DNA of 64,000 nt from a virus (Duplodnaviria > Heunggongvirae > Uroviricota > Caudoviricetes). Positions 26,582 to 35,980 of this stretch are shown one piece after another (position 1 is the first letter of the stretch; the number at the start of each line of letters is the position of its first letter). The notes beneath the pieces were generated by a model. It had not been told where the DNA came from, did no database searches, and saw only the letters and a list, made by a program, of their open reading frames with translations. The stretch is taken from IMG/VR virus record IMGVR_UViG_3300048854_000273, positions 43,413-107,412 of that record, one strand, 5' to 3'. A program made the position numbers and the translations under genes.

Positions 26582-26959
26582 ATGAGAAAGATCGCTTTGG
26601 CAATGGCATTGCTGACTAGTGCTGCGACGGCGAGCGCTACGGATTGGACACTCCTAGGTAGGAGCGACAACAGCGTTCTCTACGTCGCGATGGACAAGCT
26701 CGAATATCGAGGCAACACGGTCGTATTTTGGGACAAGCAGATATATGGAAAACCCGTAACTATCGGCCCTTACACGTATCTATATTCAGTCGCAAAGGAA
26801 GAACTTTCATGCACCGAGAGTAAATTTCGGTCCCTGACGACTTCCATCTATTCGGCGGCTGGCGAAGTTCAGAGCACGTTTAATACAACCAACTGGTTCG
26901 ACATTCCGCCAGACACAATGATGGAAAAGGTTGCCACTACCCTGTGTCGGCCACAGTAA
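26582..26959 (+). CDS. secreted protein (signal peptide), paralog A, low GC
   Basis: MRKIALAMALLTSAATASATDWTLL... Confidence 0.55.
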   Translation: MRKIALAMALLTSAATASATDWTLLGRSDNSVLYVAMDKLEYRGNTVVFWDKQIYGKPVTIGPYTYLYSVAKEELSCTESKFRSLTTSIYSAAGEVQSTFNTTNWFDIPPDTMMEKVATTLCRPQ

Positions 26960-26970
26960 GGAGGGGGGTG

Positions 26971-27354
26971 ATGAAAAGGCAAGCTCTCGGGCTAGCGTTG
27001 CTTGGCTTTGTTGGGTTCGCCCATGCGACCGACTGGATGCTTTATGCCAAGACCGACAATGTGTCGGTATTCGTGGCCGCCGATCGAATTACTCGCGAAG
27101 ACAAATACGCGGAAACATGGCAAAAATGGGTCTTTAATAAGCCGCAAAGCTATAACGGCAAGGCCTACAACTATTCCATAGAGCAAGTCAGCGTCTACTG
27201 TGACGCGGCTGGCTACTCAACTCGCGTTCATGCCGTGACTACCTATAAAACGAAAGGGCAGCCCGTCGCTTCTGCTACTGCGGCTGGCGAATGGACAACA
27301 GTGATCCCGGATTCCATCGGCGAGGCGGTGGCTATGGCTATCTGCAAGCAATAA
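26971..27354 (+). CDS. secreted protein (signal peptide), paralog B, low GC
   Basis: MKRQALGLALLGFVGFAHATDWMLY...; AAGGAGGGGGG RBS. Confidence 0.55.
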   Translation: MKRQALGLALLGFVGFAHATDWMLYAKTDNVSVFVAADRITREDKYAETWQKWVFNKPQSYNGKAYNYSIEQVSVYCDAAGYSTRVHAVTTYKTKGQPVASATAAGEWTTVIPDSIGEAVAMAICKQ

Positions 27355-27383
27355 AAAAGAAGGGCGACTCATCGTTCGCCCTT
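27353..27383 (+). terminator. hairpin GGGCGA..TCGCCC with A-run before and TTT after (bidirectional-type)
   Basis: read directly after the paralog pair. Confidence 0.5.
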
Positions 27384-27420
27384 TAAACACACGCCGTCTT
27401 GCGACAGCGTCCAGCTTTCT

Positions 27421-27618
27421 TCACTTCGGCAGACAGACCGCCTTGACGCGAGGAATATGGAGTAGGCCTTCCTCTTTTGCCTGCTCGATGATCGCGTTGC
27501 GCGCTTCCTGCCCCGCCTTCATACACGTCAGGAAAGACCCGAATTCTTGCATCTTGGTCGTTGAACGAATGTCGGGCGTCAAACATAGCACGGTCAGAAT
27601 CAGGACGTAGGCTTGCAT
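27421..27618 (-). CDS. small hypothetical protein (start taken at MQAYVLIL)
   Basis: ORF. Confidence 0.35.
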   Translation of the reverse strand: MQAYVLILTVLCLTPDIRSTTKMQEFGSFLTCMKAGQEARNAIIEQAKEEGLLHIPRVKAVCLPK

Positions 27619-27884
27619 TGCGCCTCCAGCTCGGCGATCCGCGCCTTCAACTGCTCGTTTTCCTTCTTGAGGTTCGTCACGTAGTTGCCGTAGCCGCCTG
27701 TGACGCGGCCGCACTCAGGGCTGCCGCAGATGAAGTCGCAGGTTTCCCACAACGTGCCGTTCGTCTGCACTTCCTTGCTGCGCAAATCCTTCTTCGAGAA
27801 CTGACGCCAGAGTCTGCTCGGCGCCGTGATGATGGTTTGCACCATGATCCGGCCTTCCGAACCGCAGTGAGGGCATTTAAGCAT
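27600..27884 (-). CDS. zinc-ribbon protein with C-terminal coiled coil
   Basis: MLKCPHCGSEG...CDFICGSPEC...LKKENEQLKARIAELEAQ. Confidence 0.45.
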   Translation of the reverse strand: MLKCPHCGSEGRIMVQTIITAPSRLWRQFSKKDLRSKEVQTNGTLWETCDFICGSPECGRVTGGYGNYVTNLKKENEQLKARIAELEAQCKPTS

Positions 27885-28083
27885 CCGCCCCTCCACGCTT
27901 GCTATAGCCGAATGCGAAGCACCACTTGCCGACAATCAAACGCCAGAAGGACTCGCCCTGCCCGTTGACGACACGTGCGAGGCCAAACGCGTGATACTGT
28001 CGGCTGCACGCGCCATCTTTCGGGCTGACTTTGCGGTCATACCACCGTCGTGCGCCACCGTGTCCGTGTGCCTTCCTGATGAT
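27877..28083 (-). CDS. small hypothetical protein (ATGA coupling)
   Basis: MIIRKAHGHGGARRWYDRKVSPKDGACSRQYHAF... Confidence 0.4.
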   Translation of the reverse strand: MIRKAHGHGGARRWYDRKVSPKDGACSRQYHAFGLARVVNGQGESFWRLIVGKWCFAFGYSKRGGADA

Positions 28084-28502
28084 CATTGGACACCGCCCTT
28101 CGCGACCAGGAAAACGGCCAGCAGAAGCGCGAACGATAGGGCAGCCGACAGATCCACTCGCTTCGCCCATAGCCGAGCCTTCAGCTTCCTGATTTCCGAC
28201 TCCTTGATGGCGAACCACTGCTCGCGGGTTGCCAGGTAGCCGCAGTCGTCCGGTGTTGCTCGGCGAAACGTGCCGACATTTAGGGAGCTTCCCAGCCCGA
28301 CGCGGGCGGACTCACCCGGCCGGTTGTTCAGCGATACACCACCTACAAAGTCACCGATGTGCGGGTTATTGACCATCAGCAGATCGCCAACGTGCTGCGA
28401 TTGCTTATCCGGGGCATGCCGGAAAAAGGCGATTTCCGTTGCGACGATCTGGTCGCCCGCTTTCAATTCGCGTCGCAATGCTTCGCCGTCCGTTTTGCTC
28501 AT
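28083..28502 (-). CDS. hypothetical protein with C-terminal TM segment (start taken at MSKTDGE)
   Basis: ORF; ORF-track N-terminal extension is Arg/Gln-rich. Confidence 0.45.
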   Translation of the reverse strand: MSKTDGEALRRELKAGDQIVATEIAFFRHAPDKQSQHVGDLLMVNNPHIGDFVGGVSLNNRPGESARVGLGSSLNVGTFRRATPDDCGYLATREQWFAIKESEIRKLKARLWAKRVDLSAALSFALLLAVFLVAKGGVQ

Positions 28503-28717
28503 TGCGAGACCTCCTTGAGTGGAATGCCGAAGAACGCGGACGCCTGCTCCGCAGTCCAGCGGTTGCGATCTTCGCGACCTTCGAGCTTCTTCCTGTCGTT
28601 CTCGCAAGCGTGGTAGATCTTCGTGGCGAGATTGATCTTGCCGTCGACCAGAGCCTGGTGCATCTGGCTGCCGGGCGCGGCCCACGTGTCCTTGAACTTG
28701 ATGGATTTGCTGTTCAT
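28499..28717 (-). CDS. small hypothetical protein (start taken at MNSKSIKF)
   Basis: ORF. Confidence 0.45.
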   Translation of the reverse strand: MNSKSIKFKDTWAAPGSQMHQALVDGKINLATKIYHACENDRKKLEGREDRNRWTAEQASAFFGIPLKEVSQ

Positions 28718-29088
28718 GCCAGCACCTTTTCGACCAACGCTGACGCTGCATCGTAGCTCTCGTCCGACACGTAGCTCAGTTCGCCATAGCCGCTGACCGA
28801 GTAGCCGATCAGTTGCGCGAACTGAGCCCGGTCCTCGTCCGTGAAGTCCTGCATGCCGATCTGGCTGAGGTTGATGCCGCCATTGTCGAGCAGGTAGCGC
28901 ACGATCGGGTTCGCCTTGAAACGGACGGCGCCGTGTTCGTCCTTGACAACTGGCTGCATCGGCAGCGGCGGCACCGCACCGCGGCGTTCCCAACCGTCAC
29001 CGAATGCCGCACGTAGCACCGTCGAACCGTAAAGACCGTCCTTGCGTAGGTCGGCGACCCACTGTTCAATCGCTTCGTCTTTGGTCAT
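28714..29088 (-). CDS. hypothetical protein (124 aa)
   Basis: ORF. Confidence 0.45.
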   Translation of the reverse strand: MTKDEAIEQWVADLRKDGLYGSTVLRAAFGDGWERRGAVPPLPMQPVVKDEHGAVRFKANPIVRYLLDNGGINLSQIGMQDFTDEDRAQFAQLIGYSVSGYGELSYVSDESYDAASALVEKVLA

Positions 29089-29498
29089 GACCTTCCCTTC
29101 GCGCTTAACGGCGCCGCCGGCGCGTCTTGCCAGTGCGTGACAAAGCTCTCACGCGTGCCGTGAACTCGCCAGAAGCGCTTTTCGTGGTCGTAGAAGCCAA
29201 GACGGATACCCCAACCGCCGCCCTTTCGTGCTTCGTTGTCGAGCAGCCCGCAGTGACCGTTGAGGAACACAATGACTTCACGCTCGTCGTTCGGCACCTC
29301 GACGTCCGCGTCGGTCCAGCCCTCCTTCGGCGCGGCGGGAGTGCCAATCAAAGCGCGCGATTGCTCCTTCGCCAGCTCGAACACCTTCTTCAGCATGTCC
29401 GAGTCGAACATGGTCCGCTCCTTCACGTGCATGATGAGGAAGGTCGGATCGCAGCGCTCGATGAACTCCAGCTCCTTGCGTTGTTCGGGCGTCATCAT
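29085..29498 (-). CDS. hypothetical protein (137 aa)
   Basis: ORF. Confidence 0.45.
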   Translation of the reverse strand: MMTPEQRKELEFIERCDPTFLIMHVKERTMFDSDMLKKVFELAKEQSRALIGTPAAPKEGWTDADVEVPNDEREVIVFLNGHCGLLDNEARKGGGWGIRLGFYDHEKRFWRVHGTRESFVTHWQDAPAAPLSAKGRS

Positions 29499-29926
29499 GT
29501 CGGCTCTCCTTCCGGCGTCGGCACGAAAAGCGGGTCGGCACCGATGTAGCAGTCGTCAGGCGCGTCGGGCCACTCGCGGCGACACGCTTCGAAGTTGCCT
29601 TCGTTCCAGCATTCGAGGAATTGCAAACCGTCGTCGCCATGACCCGCATCGATCGCATATTGGATCGCTGCGACGGCGGGGTTCGTCTGCGCCTCCGCAC
29701 TGAGCATCTCCAGCGCTTCGTCCATAGCCTTCTTCGCCATGCACGTGTCCACCGTCGCGGCGACGGTGTGCTGCTTGCTTCCGAGTCGAACCGCGGCCGC
29801 TTCCAGCATCGTGCGGGCATGACCACCGACACCGTGCGGAACTAGCGCGCCCTTCGCGTCCAGATCGAGCAGCGCTGCGATAGCGCTGATCAGTTTGGCG
29901 TTGTCGCCCTTGAATTGATCTTTCAT
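29495..29926 (-). CDS. hypothetical protein (143 aa)
   Basis: ORF. Confidence 0.45.
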   Translation of the reverse strand: MKDQFKGDNAKLISAIAALLDLDAKGALVPHGVGGHARTMLEAAAVRLGSKQHTVAATVDTCMAKKAMDEALEMLSAEAQTNPAVAAIQYAIDAGHGDDGLQFLECWNEGNFEACRREWPDAPDDCYIGADPLFVPTPEGEPT

Positions 29927-29935
29927 CCTCGCCTC

Positions 29936-30034
29936 TTACGGAATGCATAAATCGTGACCGCCATCGTCGCTACCGCTCCAACAATGACGCCGGTGAAAAA
30001 GACCTCGACCACGTGGCCGAGCGTGCAAAACATC
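29936..30034 (-). CDS. possible tiny membrane peptide (32 aa)
   Basis: MFCTLGHVVEVFFTGVIVGAVATMAVTIYAFR. Confidence 0.25.
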   Translation of the reverse strand, partial: DVLHARPRGRGLFHRRHCWSGSDDGGHDLCIP

Positions 30035-30039
30035 GTCAA

Positions 30040-30399
30040 TTACTGTTCCTCGAATCGTTGCCAGCCAGTGAGACAGACCTTTCCCAAACTCGGGTCGCCG
30101 TCCTGAATGATCTTTTGCAGCCCCTCGATATCCTCGACGCCCGCGATCGGACGCTCCCGCAACATTGCGACCCATCCGCTACCGTTCCGGGTGGGACTGG
30201 AGAACGAATAGGAGACGAAATAAAGCGTGCGCGTCTCGCTCTCGACCGGCGTCTCTGCGCCCTGAACGCCCTTGAGGTGTTTCCACGCCTCGTAGGCAAA
30301 CGTCCGCGAGTATTCAGTGCCGCCCGATCGCATGAACTGCCCGTGATCGAGCCACCACTTATCGAAGTCGGGCAGATCGGTTTTCGTCCAGCCGCTCAC
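30040..30399 (-). CDS. hypothetical protein (119 aa)
   Basis: ORF. Confidence 0.45.
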   Translation of the reverse strand: MSGWTKTDLPDFDKWWLDHGQFMRSGGTEYSRTFAYEAWKHLKGVQGAETPVESETRTLYFVSYSFSSPTRNGSGWVAMLRERPIAGVEDIEGLQKIIQDGDPSLGKVCLTGWQRFEEQ

Positions 30400-30977
30400 G
30401 CTGCCAGTCCCATCGCACTCACGCGATCACGGAACGCTTCGGGCAGCACCCAGACACCGCGCTTCAGCGCCTCGAAGAAACAGGCCATCATCCGTTCGAC
30501 GTCATACTCGGCTGCGTGAGCGGCCGCCAGGTCATACGGAATGCCGAGTGCGAAGCAAAGCTCGCCAAGACGCGGGTATTTGCCGTCAGGACAGGCCCAA
30601 CGCGACTCGCTCATGGTGTCCCAGCCATCGACGTCGGGAATCGGCACACCGGCCTCCGTGAACTCAGAGATCAGAAACTCCAGATCGAACGCGATGTTGT
30701 GGGCGATGATCAGGTGGCTCTCGCTCACGCGGCGATGCACTTCCGGCGCGATATCGCGGAATTTGGGCTTGCCAACGAGGTCCGAGTAGGCGATGCCGTG
30801 AACCTCCTGGGCGCCGGCACTGATCGCGCGCTCCGGGTCCACGCGCTCGACGTATTTGTCGACCAGCCTGGCCGTCGCGAAGTCGTAGGTCAGCAGAGCG
30901 ATTTCGATGATCTTGTCGCCCCTCTCCACGCTCACGCCTGTGGTCTCGGTGTCGAAGCCCGTAACGAGAATGGTCAT
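30396..30977 (-). CDS. DnaQ-like 3'-5' exonuclease (DEDDh proofreading family)
   Basis: Exo I FDTETTG, Exo II HNIAFDLEFL, Exo III HAAEYDVE. Confidence 0.8.
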   Translation of the reverse strand: MTILVTGFDTETTGVSVERGDKIIEIALLTYDFATARLVDKYVERVDPERAISAGAQEVHGIAYSDLVGKPKFRDIAPEVHRRVSESHLIIAHNIAFDLEFLISEFTEAGVPIPDVDGWDTMSESRWACPDGKYPRLGELCFALGIPYDLAAAHAAEYDVERMMACFFEALKRGVWVLPEAFRDRVSAMGLAA

Positions 30978-31366
30978 GCCGCCACCGCTTTCGCTTTCGC
31001 GATTTCTGCCTGCAACTTCAGGACGTAATCCTTCACCTGACCGCCGTCGTGCTCCTCTTTCTGCCCCAAGTTCAGCAGATAGGCGCCTTCCGGCAGCTCG
31101 CGTCGATTGACGAGATCCTGGAATGCGATGCTCGGTCGGATCAGGCCGGTGATCGCGGACAACTCGTCTTGCAGCTCCTTCGCCTCCAGCTCCGACAGAT
31201 CACCCTGCACGAAGCGACCCACTTGCTTGAGCGATTCCTGTCCACGACCCGCGACCGCGAGATACAGGCCTTCCTTCTTGTGGACCTTGCGCAGCAACGC
31301 CTCGACGTCATCGATCTGCACCTGTAAAGCCTTGACCACCTTCGTTTCGATCAGCAACGTTGCCAT
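30974..31366 (-). CDS. hypothetical protein (start at MATLLIETK with AAGGAG RBS)
   Basis: ORF; 30-bp perfect inverted repeat containing the motif lies 43 nt upstream. Confidence 0.5.
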   Translation of the reverse strand: MATLLIETKVVKALQVQIDDVEALLRKVHKKEGLYLAVAGRGQESLKQVGRFVQGDLSELEAKELQDELSAITGLIRPSIAFQDLVNRRELPEGAYLLNLGQKEEHDGGQVKDYVLKLQAEIAKAKAVAA

Positions 31367-31400
31367 CGATTTCTCCTTCAACGGGTTGAACACTTAAACT

Positions 31401-31430
31401 AGATACATAGTCAGTTTTGACTATGTATCT
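31401..31430 (+). promoter_or_regulatory. motif AGTCAGTTTTGACT (31409-31422) embedded in a 13-bp-arm perfect inverted repeat AGATACATAGTCA/TGACTATGTATCT
   Basis: read directly; 43 nt upstream of ATG 31366. Confidence 0.65.
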
Positions 31431-31462
31431 ATGTTAAAAGCTCAACACTGGAATGTGTTCGG

Positions 31463-32290
31463 CTACTTGATGTTCAGCATCGTGTTGCCACTCTGGCCGA
31501 TCACCATCGTGCAATGCTCGTTCGAGGCACACGACTGCAACGCGAGGTTGTATTCGTGCTGAAGGAATGCGGGCGTCAACGTTTTCTGGAGCTGGTCGTT
31601 GGCATTCGCCTGGCCCTCTGCGCGAATCTTGGCGATCTCGGCGTCCTTGTGCGCGACCTGGGCCTGGTTTTCCTTCTGCGCCAGTTGCTGCTGGGCGAGC
31701 ACGGTCTGCTGGATAGCCTGGTCGATGGTCGGGTCCGTCTGGATCTTTCGCACGACCACGCGAGTGACAACGAAGGTGCCCTTCACGGATGGATCGGCAT
31801 CGAGCGCGGCCTGTGTGGCGGCCTTAATATCGACTTCCAGATCGGCGCGCTTCTGGTTCAGGTCCAGGCTGTCGAACTTGGGCACCGCGTCGTAGATCGC
31901 CGCTTTGGCAAGGTTGGACACGAGGTTGTAGCCGGGTCGATAAAAGTTCTCGCCCTCGATGCCGATCGACTGGCCCGCGTGGGTCGACACATATTTCGCC
32001 ACGGTGCCGGGAACGGCGCGGTAATAGACCGTGACTTCCAGATCCTTCAGCAAGAGCTTGTCCTTCGCGCGCGGCATCAGGTCGTTCAGGTCGATGGACG
32101 TTTCCTTGACCGTGTAGTGGTCGACGTGACTGAACACCGCGACGTAGACGCCCTGACCTTCTTCCTGCTGGCTGACGTCGCCCATCGTGGTGCGCACGCC
32201 GACTTCGCCCGTGTTGATCACGCCACCGCAACCCGAGAGGCCCATCGTCAGTGCCAGCGCCGTGATGGCGCCGAGAAGCAATCGTTTCAT
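31463..32290 (-). CDS. SPFH/band-7 (HflC/prohibitin-like) domain lipoprotein
   Basis: MKRLLLGAITALALTMGLSGCGG lipobox; band-7 core then Gln/Ala-rich coiled coil. Confidence 0.65.
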   Translation of the reverse strand: MKRLLLGAITALALTMGLSGCGGVINTGEVGVRTTMGDVSQQEEGQGVYVAVFSHVDHYTVKETSIDLNDLMPRAKDKLLLKDLEVTVYYRAVPGTVAKYVSTHAGQSIGIEGENFYRPGYNLVSNLAKAAIYDAVPKFDSLDLNQKRADLEVDIKAATQAALDADPSVKGTFVVTRVVVRKIQTDPTIDQAIQQTVLAQQQLAQKENQAQVAHKDAEIAKIRAEGQANANDQLQKTLTPAFLQHEYNLALQSCASNEHCTMVIGQSGNTMLNIK

Positions 32291-32304
32291 GTGTGTCGTT
32301 CCTT

Positions 32305-32502
32305 TTAATGTCGTTCGACCGTAATTGCGAGTGCCAGAATCGTCACGGTCAGACCGATCGAGGCAAGAGCGAGGAAAGCTCTCAAAAGAATTCGACGCAC
32401 CCGCTCGCGGCTCTTGAAGAACGGTGTCGAGGTAGCAAGCCACCCGATGCCGTAGAGCCCGCACGCGAGCAGAAGCGCCACGAAGAAGGCGCGGGCGAGC
32501 AT
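32305..32502 (-). CDS. small membrane protein upstream of the SPFH gene (NfeD-like partner?)
   Basis: two hydrophobic helices; overlaps the SPFH gene start. Confidence 0.4.
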   Translation of the reverse strand: MLARAFFVALLLACGLYGIGWLATSTPFFKSRERVRRILLRAFLALASIGLTVTILALAITVERH

Positions 32503-32505
32503 GGC

Positions 32506-32862
32506 TTACTGGACGGTGACCGGCGGCTGAGCGAGATCAGCAGCCAGTTGCTGAGCCTTTTCTGCGCCAAGCGCTTCCGTCAGGTCCGCGACGAATCCAT
32601 CTGGGTCCGACTTGGCACGTTGCGGCAGAATCGCGCGCAGTTCGTCGGCGTTGTCGAGCAGGAATGCCGCCAGCGTCGCCACCGTGACTTCATCCAGATA
32701 GGCGAGGTGCGGGTTCGGATCGCTCGTGGAGAAGGCTTCGGTGATCAGGTTTTGCAGATCGCTCAAGCGGTCCACGTGCTTCTGATGCTGGTGCGCGGCC
32801 TTCTTGTCGGTGAACACCTGGCCATCGGTGGTTTCGTAGGACGCAACGCGCTTGATCTTCAT
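32506..32862 (-). CDS. hypothetical protein (118 aa)
   Basis: ORF; motif 27 nt upstream. Confidence 0.45.
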   Translation of the reverse strand: MKIKRVASYETTDGQVFTDKKAAHQHQKHVDRLSDLQNLITEAFSTSDPNPHLAYLDEVTVATLAAFLLDNADELRAILPQRAKSDPDGFVADLTEALGAEKAQQLAADLAQPPVTVQ

Positions 32863-32889
32863 GAAAAACTCCTTCGTTTGTTGAATGCT

Positions 32890-32903
32890 AGTCAGTTTTG
32901 ACT
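32890..32903 (+). promoter_or_regulatory. motif AGTCAGTTTTGACT
   Basis: 27 nt upstream of ATG 32862. Confidence 0.6.
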
Positions 32904-32932
32904 GACGCTATTAAAACAAGAAAAAGCAGGGG

Positions 32933-33310
32933 TTACAGCAGAGTTGCAGCGGCGGATTTGACATCGCCGAACTCGATCCGGTTGATATGTGCGAGCGGCA
33001 CATAAAAGCGGCAGCTCGACTTGATCAGATGGCCATTCACCGTTACAGGCGCTTCGCGACCACACAGGACAACGGCGACTTCGTGCTGTGCAGGATCAGC
33101 CGTGCGCTTGACGTTGTAGGTGTCGATCTTGATCACGGCGCCTGCCGGAATGGTGACGTCGTGTGTGGGCTGGTCGTAATAGTCCTTCGTTGCCCGCAGC
33201 TTCAACGCGTTGGACAGCGCCTTGCAGTGCCAGTCCTGCTTGAACGTCAGGTTCCAGTCTGCCGCGAGCGTGAGGCGGGTGCCCGTCGCGGGTATGAAAA
33301 GTCGTGTCAT
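32933..33310 (-). CDS. hypothetical protein (start taken at MTRLFIP)
   Basis: ORF. Confidence 0.45.
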   Translation of the reverse strand: MTRLFIPATGTRLTLAADWNLTFKQDWHCKALSNALKLRATKDYYDQPTHDVTIPAGAVIKIDTYNVKRTADPAQHEVAVVLCGREAPVTVNGHLIKSSCRFYVPLAHINRIEFGDVKSAAATLL

Positions 33311-33750
33311 TGAATTACCACTCCATTGTCCATTGCTGCCTTGATGTTTTCCTCGTAGGCCACGCGCTCGAATGCCTTCTTCATGGCCTTGAGTTGCGTG
33401 AGCGTCGGCTTCACCTTTGCGTTGTGATAGGCGATGCCGTCTAGCCAAGAGCGCAAACGCTTCTCGTCCATTGCGTCGCGGATTCGCGGCGTCATCTTGA
33501 CGAGTTGCAGCCCGTAGCTGCGGCCAACTTCACGCCCATCGGCGCGCCGGAATCGCATTTCCCGGTTGTAATCCGTCTTGCCAATGATCTGCGTGCTCGT
33601 CAGGCGCTCCACCGTGAACAATGTATAGTCGGCATTGCCCGTGATGACCGCGCCCTGTCCCGGTTGCAGTGAGCGCAGCCAAAGGTTGTATTCGCTGCGC
33701 TCTCGCTCCTGTCTTTCGAAATAAGTTTCTTCCATCACCAGCTCCCCCAT
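33307..33750 (-). CDS. hypothetical protein (147 aa)
   Basis: ORF. Confidence 0.45.
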   Translation of the reverse strand: MGELVMEETYFERQERERSEYNLWLRSLQPGQGAVITGNADYTLFTVERLTSTQIIGKTDYNREMRFRRADGREVGRSYGLQLVKMTPRIRDAMDEKRLRSWLDGIAYHNAKVKPTLTQLKAMKKAFERVAYEENIKAAMDNGVVIQ

Positions 33751-34379
33751 CCGTTATCGGTCAGCACTTCCGTGCGTTGCGCGTCCATGCGCTCCTGCTC
33801 GGTCTTCGCGAATTCGGCATCGTCGCGCTCCTTGCGGTGCTCGGGCGTCTCGTTCAGCACCATGTTCGCGGGCTGGAAGTTACCCACAAAGCTCGGGTAA
33901 TAGTCGTCGGTGTTGGAGGTGCCGAACTCGATCACGGTCTTGCCCGTCACCTCATCCACCAGCTCAACGAGGTCGCTTTTGTAATACCCCGCCTCTCCCC
34001 TCCTGCCAGTCACTTTCACCGGCAAGAAGCGGTTCGTGATCTTGGTGCCCTTCGTCAGAGCCAGTCTGTTCAGCGAGGATCTATAGCCATCGCTCGGGTC
34101 TTCGATCGCCGTGTAGCAGTTGCCGTTCAGCACAAACGAGAAGTGGGTGGACTCCTCGCCGGACCCGTAACTAGTCTTCAGACGGACCTGTTCCTGCCCC
34201 ACGCCCGTCAGCTCGAACGTCTTGCCGACAAACCAGTCCAGATCCACCTCGCCTGTGTCTTCGCCCGAGAACGCCGACCGGACTTCGACCTCGTCGTCGA
34301 CCTCCTGCAGCAGTTCAGGTAGTTTCACCTCCGTCAACGTCAGCTTCTTTCCCATTTCCTCATCCATATCGCGCGGCAT
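33735..34379 (-). CDS. hypothetical acidic protein (214 aa), C-terminus ...DNGWGSW
   Basis: ORF. Confidence 0.45.
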   Translation of the reverse strand: MPRDMDEEMGKKLTLTEVKLPELLQEVDDEVEVRSAFSGEDTGEVDLDWFVGKTFELTGVGQEQVRLKTSYGSGEESTHFSFVLNGNCYTAIEDPSDGYRSSLNRLALTKGTKITNRFLPVKVTGRRGEAGYYKSDLVELVDEVTGKTVIEFGTSNTDDYYPSFVGNFQPANMVLNETPEHRKERDDAEFAKTEQERMDAQRTEVLTDNGWGSW

Positions 34380-34391
34380 TACTGTTCACCA

Positions 34392-34814
34392 TCAAAATGG
34401 AGTCAGATCGTCCTCGTCGTTGACGAGCACTGAGTTCGCCGCGTAGACAGCCTTGAACGCTCTGCAAGCAGCCCCGCACGCACGTCCAAACCTGCCAAGT
34501 CGCATCGCTAGCGCTATCTGCCGACGGCGAGCCCATCGCACGATTGCGTAGCTCGAAAGCTGATACTCAATCCATGCAATGGTGTCCTCGTATTCGATGC
34601 CTCCCAAACCTCGCGGCAATTCGCCGGCCCAGATGATCGTGGCCGGGAAAGTGTCTTTCGTGTAGTGGACGAGCAGCGAGCCATCCGTCAGCGTGAAGTC
34701 CCAGGAGCCGTTGATGACGTGCCCGGTGATCTCGCGCCCTTTGACGTTTCGCACTTCACACAACAGGCTGACGTTCTTACCCTTGCCGATCGCGAAGTAG
34801 TCGCCGCGAATCAT
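34392..34814 (-). CDS. hypothetical protein (140 aa)
   Basis: ORF. Confidence 0.45.
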   Translation of the reverse strand: MIRGDYFAIGKGKNVSLLCEVRNVKGREITGHVINGSWDFTLTDGSLLVHYTKDTFPATIIWAGELPRGLGGIEYEDTIAWIEYQLSSYAIVRWARRRQIALAMRLGRFGRACGAACRAFKAVYAANSVLVNDEDDLTPF

Positions 34815-34816
34815 GA

Positions 34817-35440
34817 TTAGGCGACGGCTACCAGACCACCCGAGACAGGCGCACTCTTGATTACGCCGACCTTGATGCCCGCAGCCTTCAGTGCAGCGTT
34901 CAAATCACCCACCGGCAAAGCCGGGAGCATCGGCTTCGGCGCGGTGACTTCAGCCGGCAGGAACCCTTCGACCTCAGGCCACATGTCGATCAGCTTATTG
35001 AGGGACGTGGTCGAGTAGACGGTTCGCTTAAGGCTTGCCTTCAAGTCGCCGACCTTGTTGTCGAGCACGACCTTGTCTTCCATGATTTCTCGGTATTCCG
35101 CGTGGAGCGCGTCGTTGTCGATTGTCAGGCTGCTGCTGCGTCCCGGAAACGGCACAACCCGCGACAGATCCATCGAACTCAGCGAGTCACGGTAATAGCC
35201 AGTCTTCGGATCTTTGAAGGTGATGTGACAAACGTTCGACAGATTCAGGAACTCGTCCGGCGCCAAACGCGCGGCCTTTTCCTGCGCCGGAGACACGACG
35301 AAGCGATAGCACTTGTCGGCCAGCTTTACGAGGCGTTTCTTGTGCTGCTGAAATTCTTTCTCGAAAGCCCCTTTCATGGCGTTTTCGGTGATTTTGTCTC
35401 GCATAAAGTTGGACAGCTTTACATTACTCGTCATAGTCAA
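34817..35440 (-). CDS. hypothetical protein (207 aa)
   Basis: ORF. Confidence 0.45.
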   Translation of the reverse strand: MTMTSNVKLSNFMRDKITENAMKGAFEKEFQQHKKRLVKLADKCYRFVVSPAQEKAARLAPDEFLNLSNVCHITFKDPKTGYYRDSLSSMDLSRVVPFPGRSSSLTIDNDALHAEYREIMEDKVVLDNKVGDLKASLKRTVYSTTSLNKLIDMWPEVEGFLPAEVTAPKPMLPALPVGDLNAALKAAGIKVGVIKSAPVSGGLVAVA

Positions 35441-35871
35441 AACTCCTTGTAGCCGTTTGCCTGCAACGCGCGAGGCACGGCGGTTGAAAAGAATTCCTGG
35501 GCCTTCTTCGTCGAGTCGAGGGTCTTGTCATGGCGCTTTCCGCTCTTGAGAAACGTAATCGCCACATCCTCCTGACCGACGATCCACTCCGCCGTGACCA
35601 GGCGGTCATCGTCCTTATGCGCAAACACGCGCTTGAGAACCAGCGGCTCTTTCGGGCACTGCTCCTGCGCCGCGGTGATCAGGTCGATAAAGTCCTTCTT
35701 CAGCAGGCCCGATACGGTCATGAACAGGACGTCGATGCCGACGCTGAACTGGTCCGCCGTCATGCGTCCCTGATCGACCGAGTAGCACAGCCACTCCAGC
35801 GTTTCGAACGCTTTACGGTCGATCTCTTCCTGGAGGGTTGGAACGTCAGTTTTGACTATCGCAGCACGCAT
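35437..35871 (-). CDS. hypothetical protein (144 aa); motif copy encodes residues IVKTD near the N-terminus
   Basis: AAGAGG RBS 8 nt before the ATG at 35871; alternative start MTADQ at 35763. Confidence 0.4.
   Translation of the reverse strand: MRAAIVKTDVPTLQEEIDRKAFETLEWLCYSVDQGRMTADQFSVGIDVLFMTVSGLLKKDFIDLITAAQEQCPKEPLVLKRVFAHKDDDRLVTAEWIVGQEDVAITFLKSGKRHDKTLDSTKKAQEFFSTAVPRALQANGYKEF
35844..35857 (+). promoter_or_regulatory. motif CGTCAGTTTTGACT (inside the first codons of 35437..35871)
   Basis: read directly. Confidence 0.45.
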
Positions 35872-35943
35872 GCCGAAAACCTCTTAAATGCTCGCGCAAC
35901 GTTGCGCTCAGAAAGAATCTTATAGATTGTCGTCAGGGAAAAC

Positions 35944-35957
35944 AATCAGTTTTGACT
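35944..35957 (+). promoter_or_regulatory. motif AATCAGTTTTGACT
   Basis: 72 nt upstream of ATG 35871. Confidence 0.5.
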
Positions 35958-35980
35958 GTTCCCTGACGATTTACCACAAC

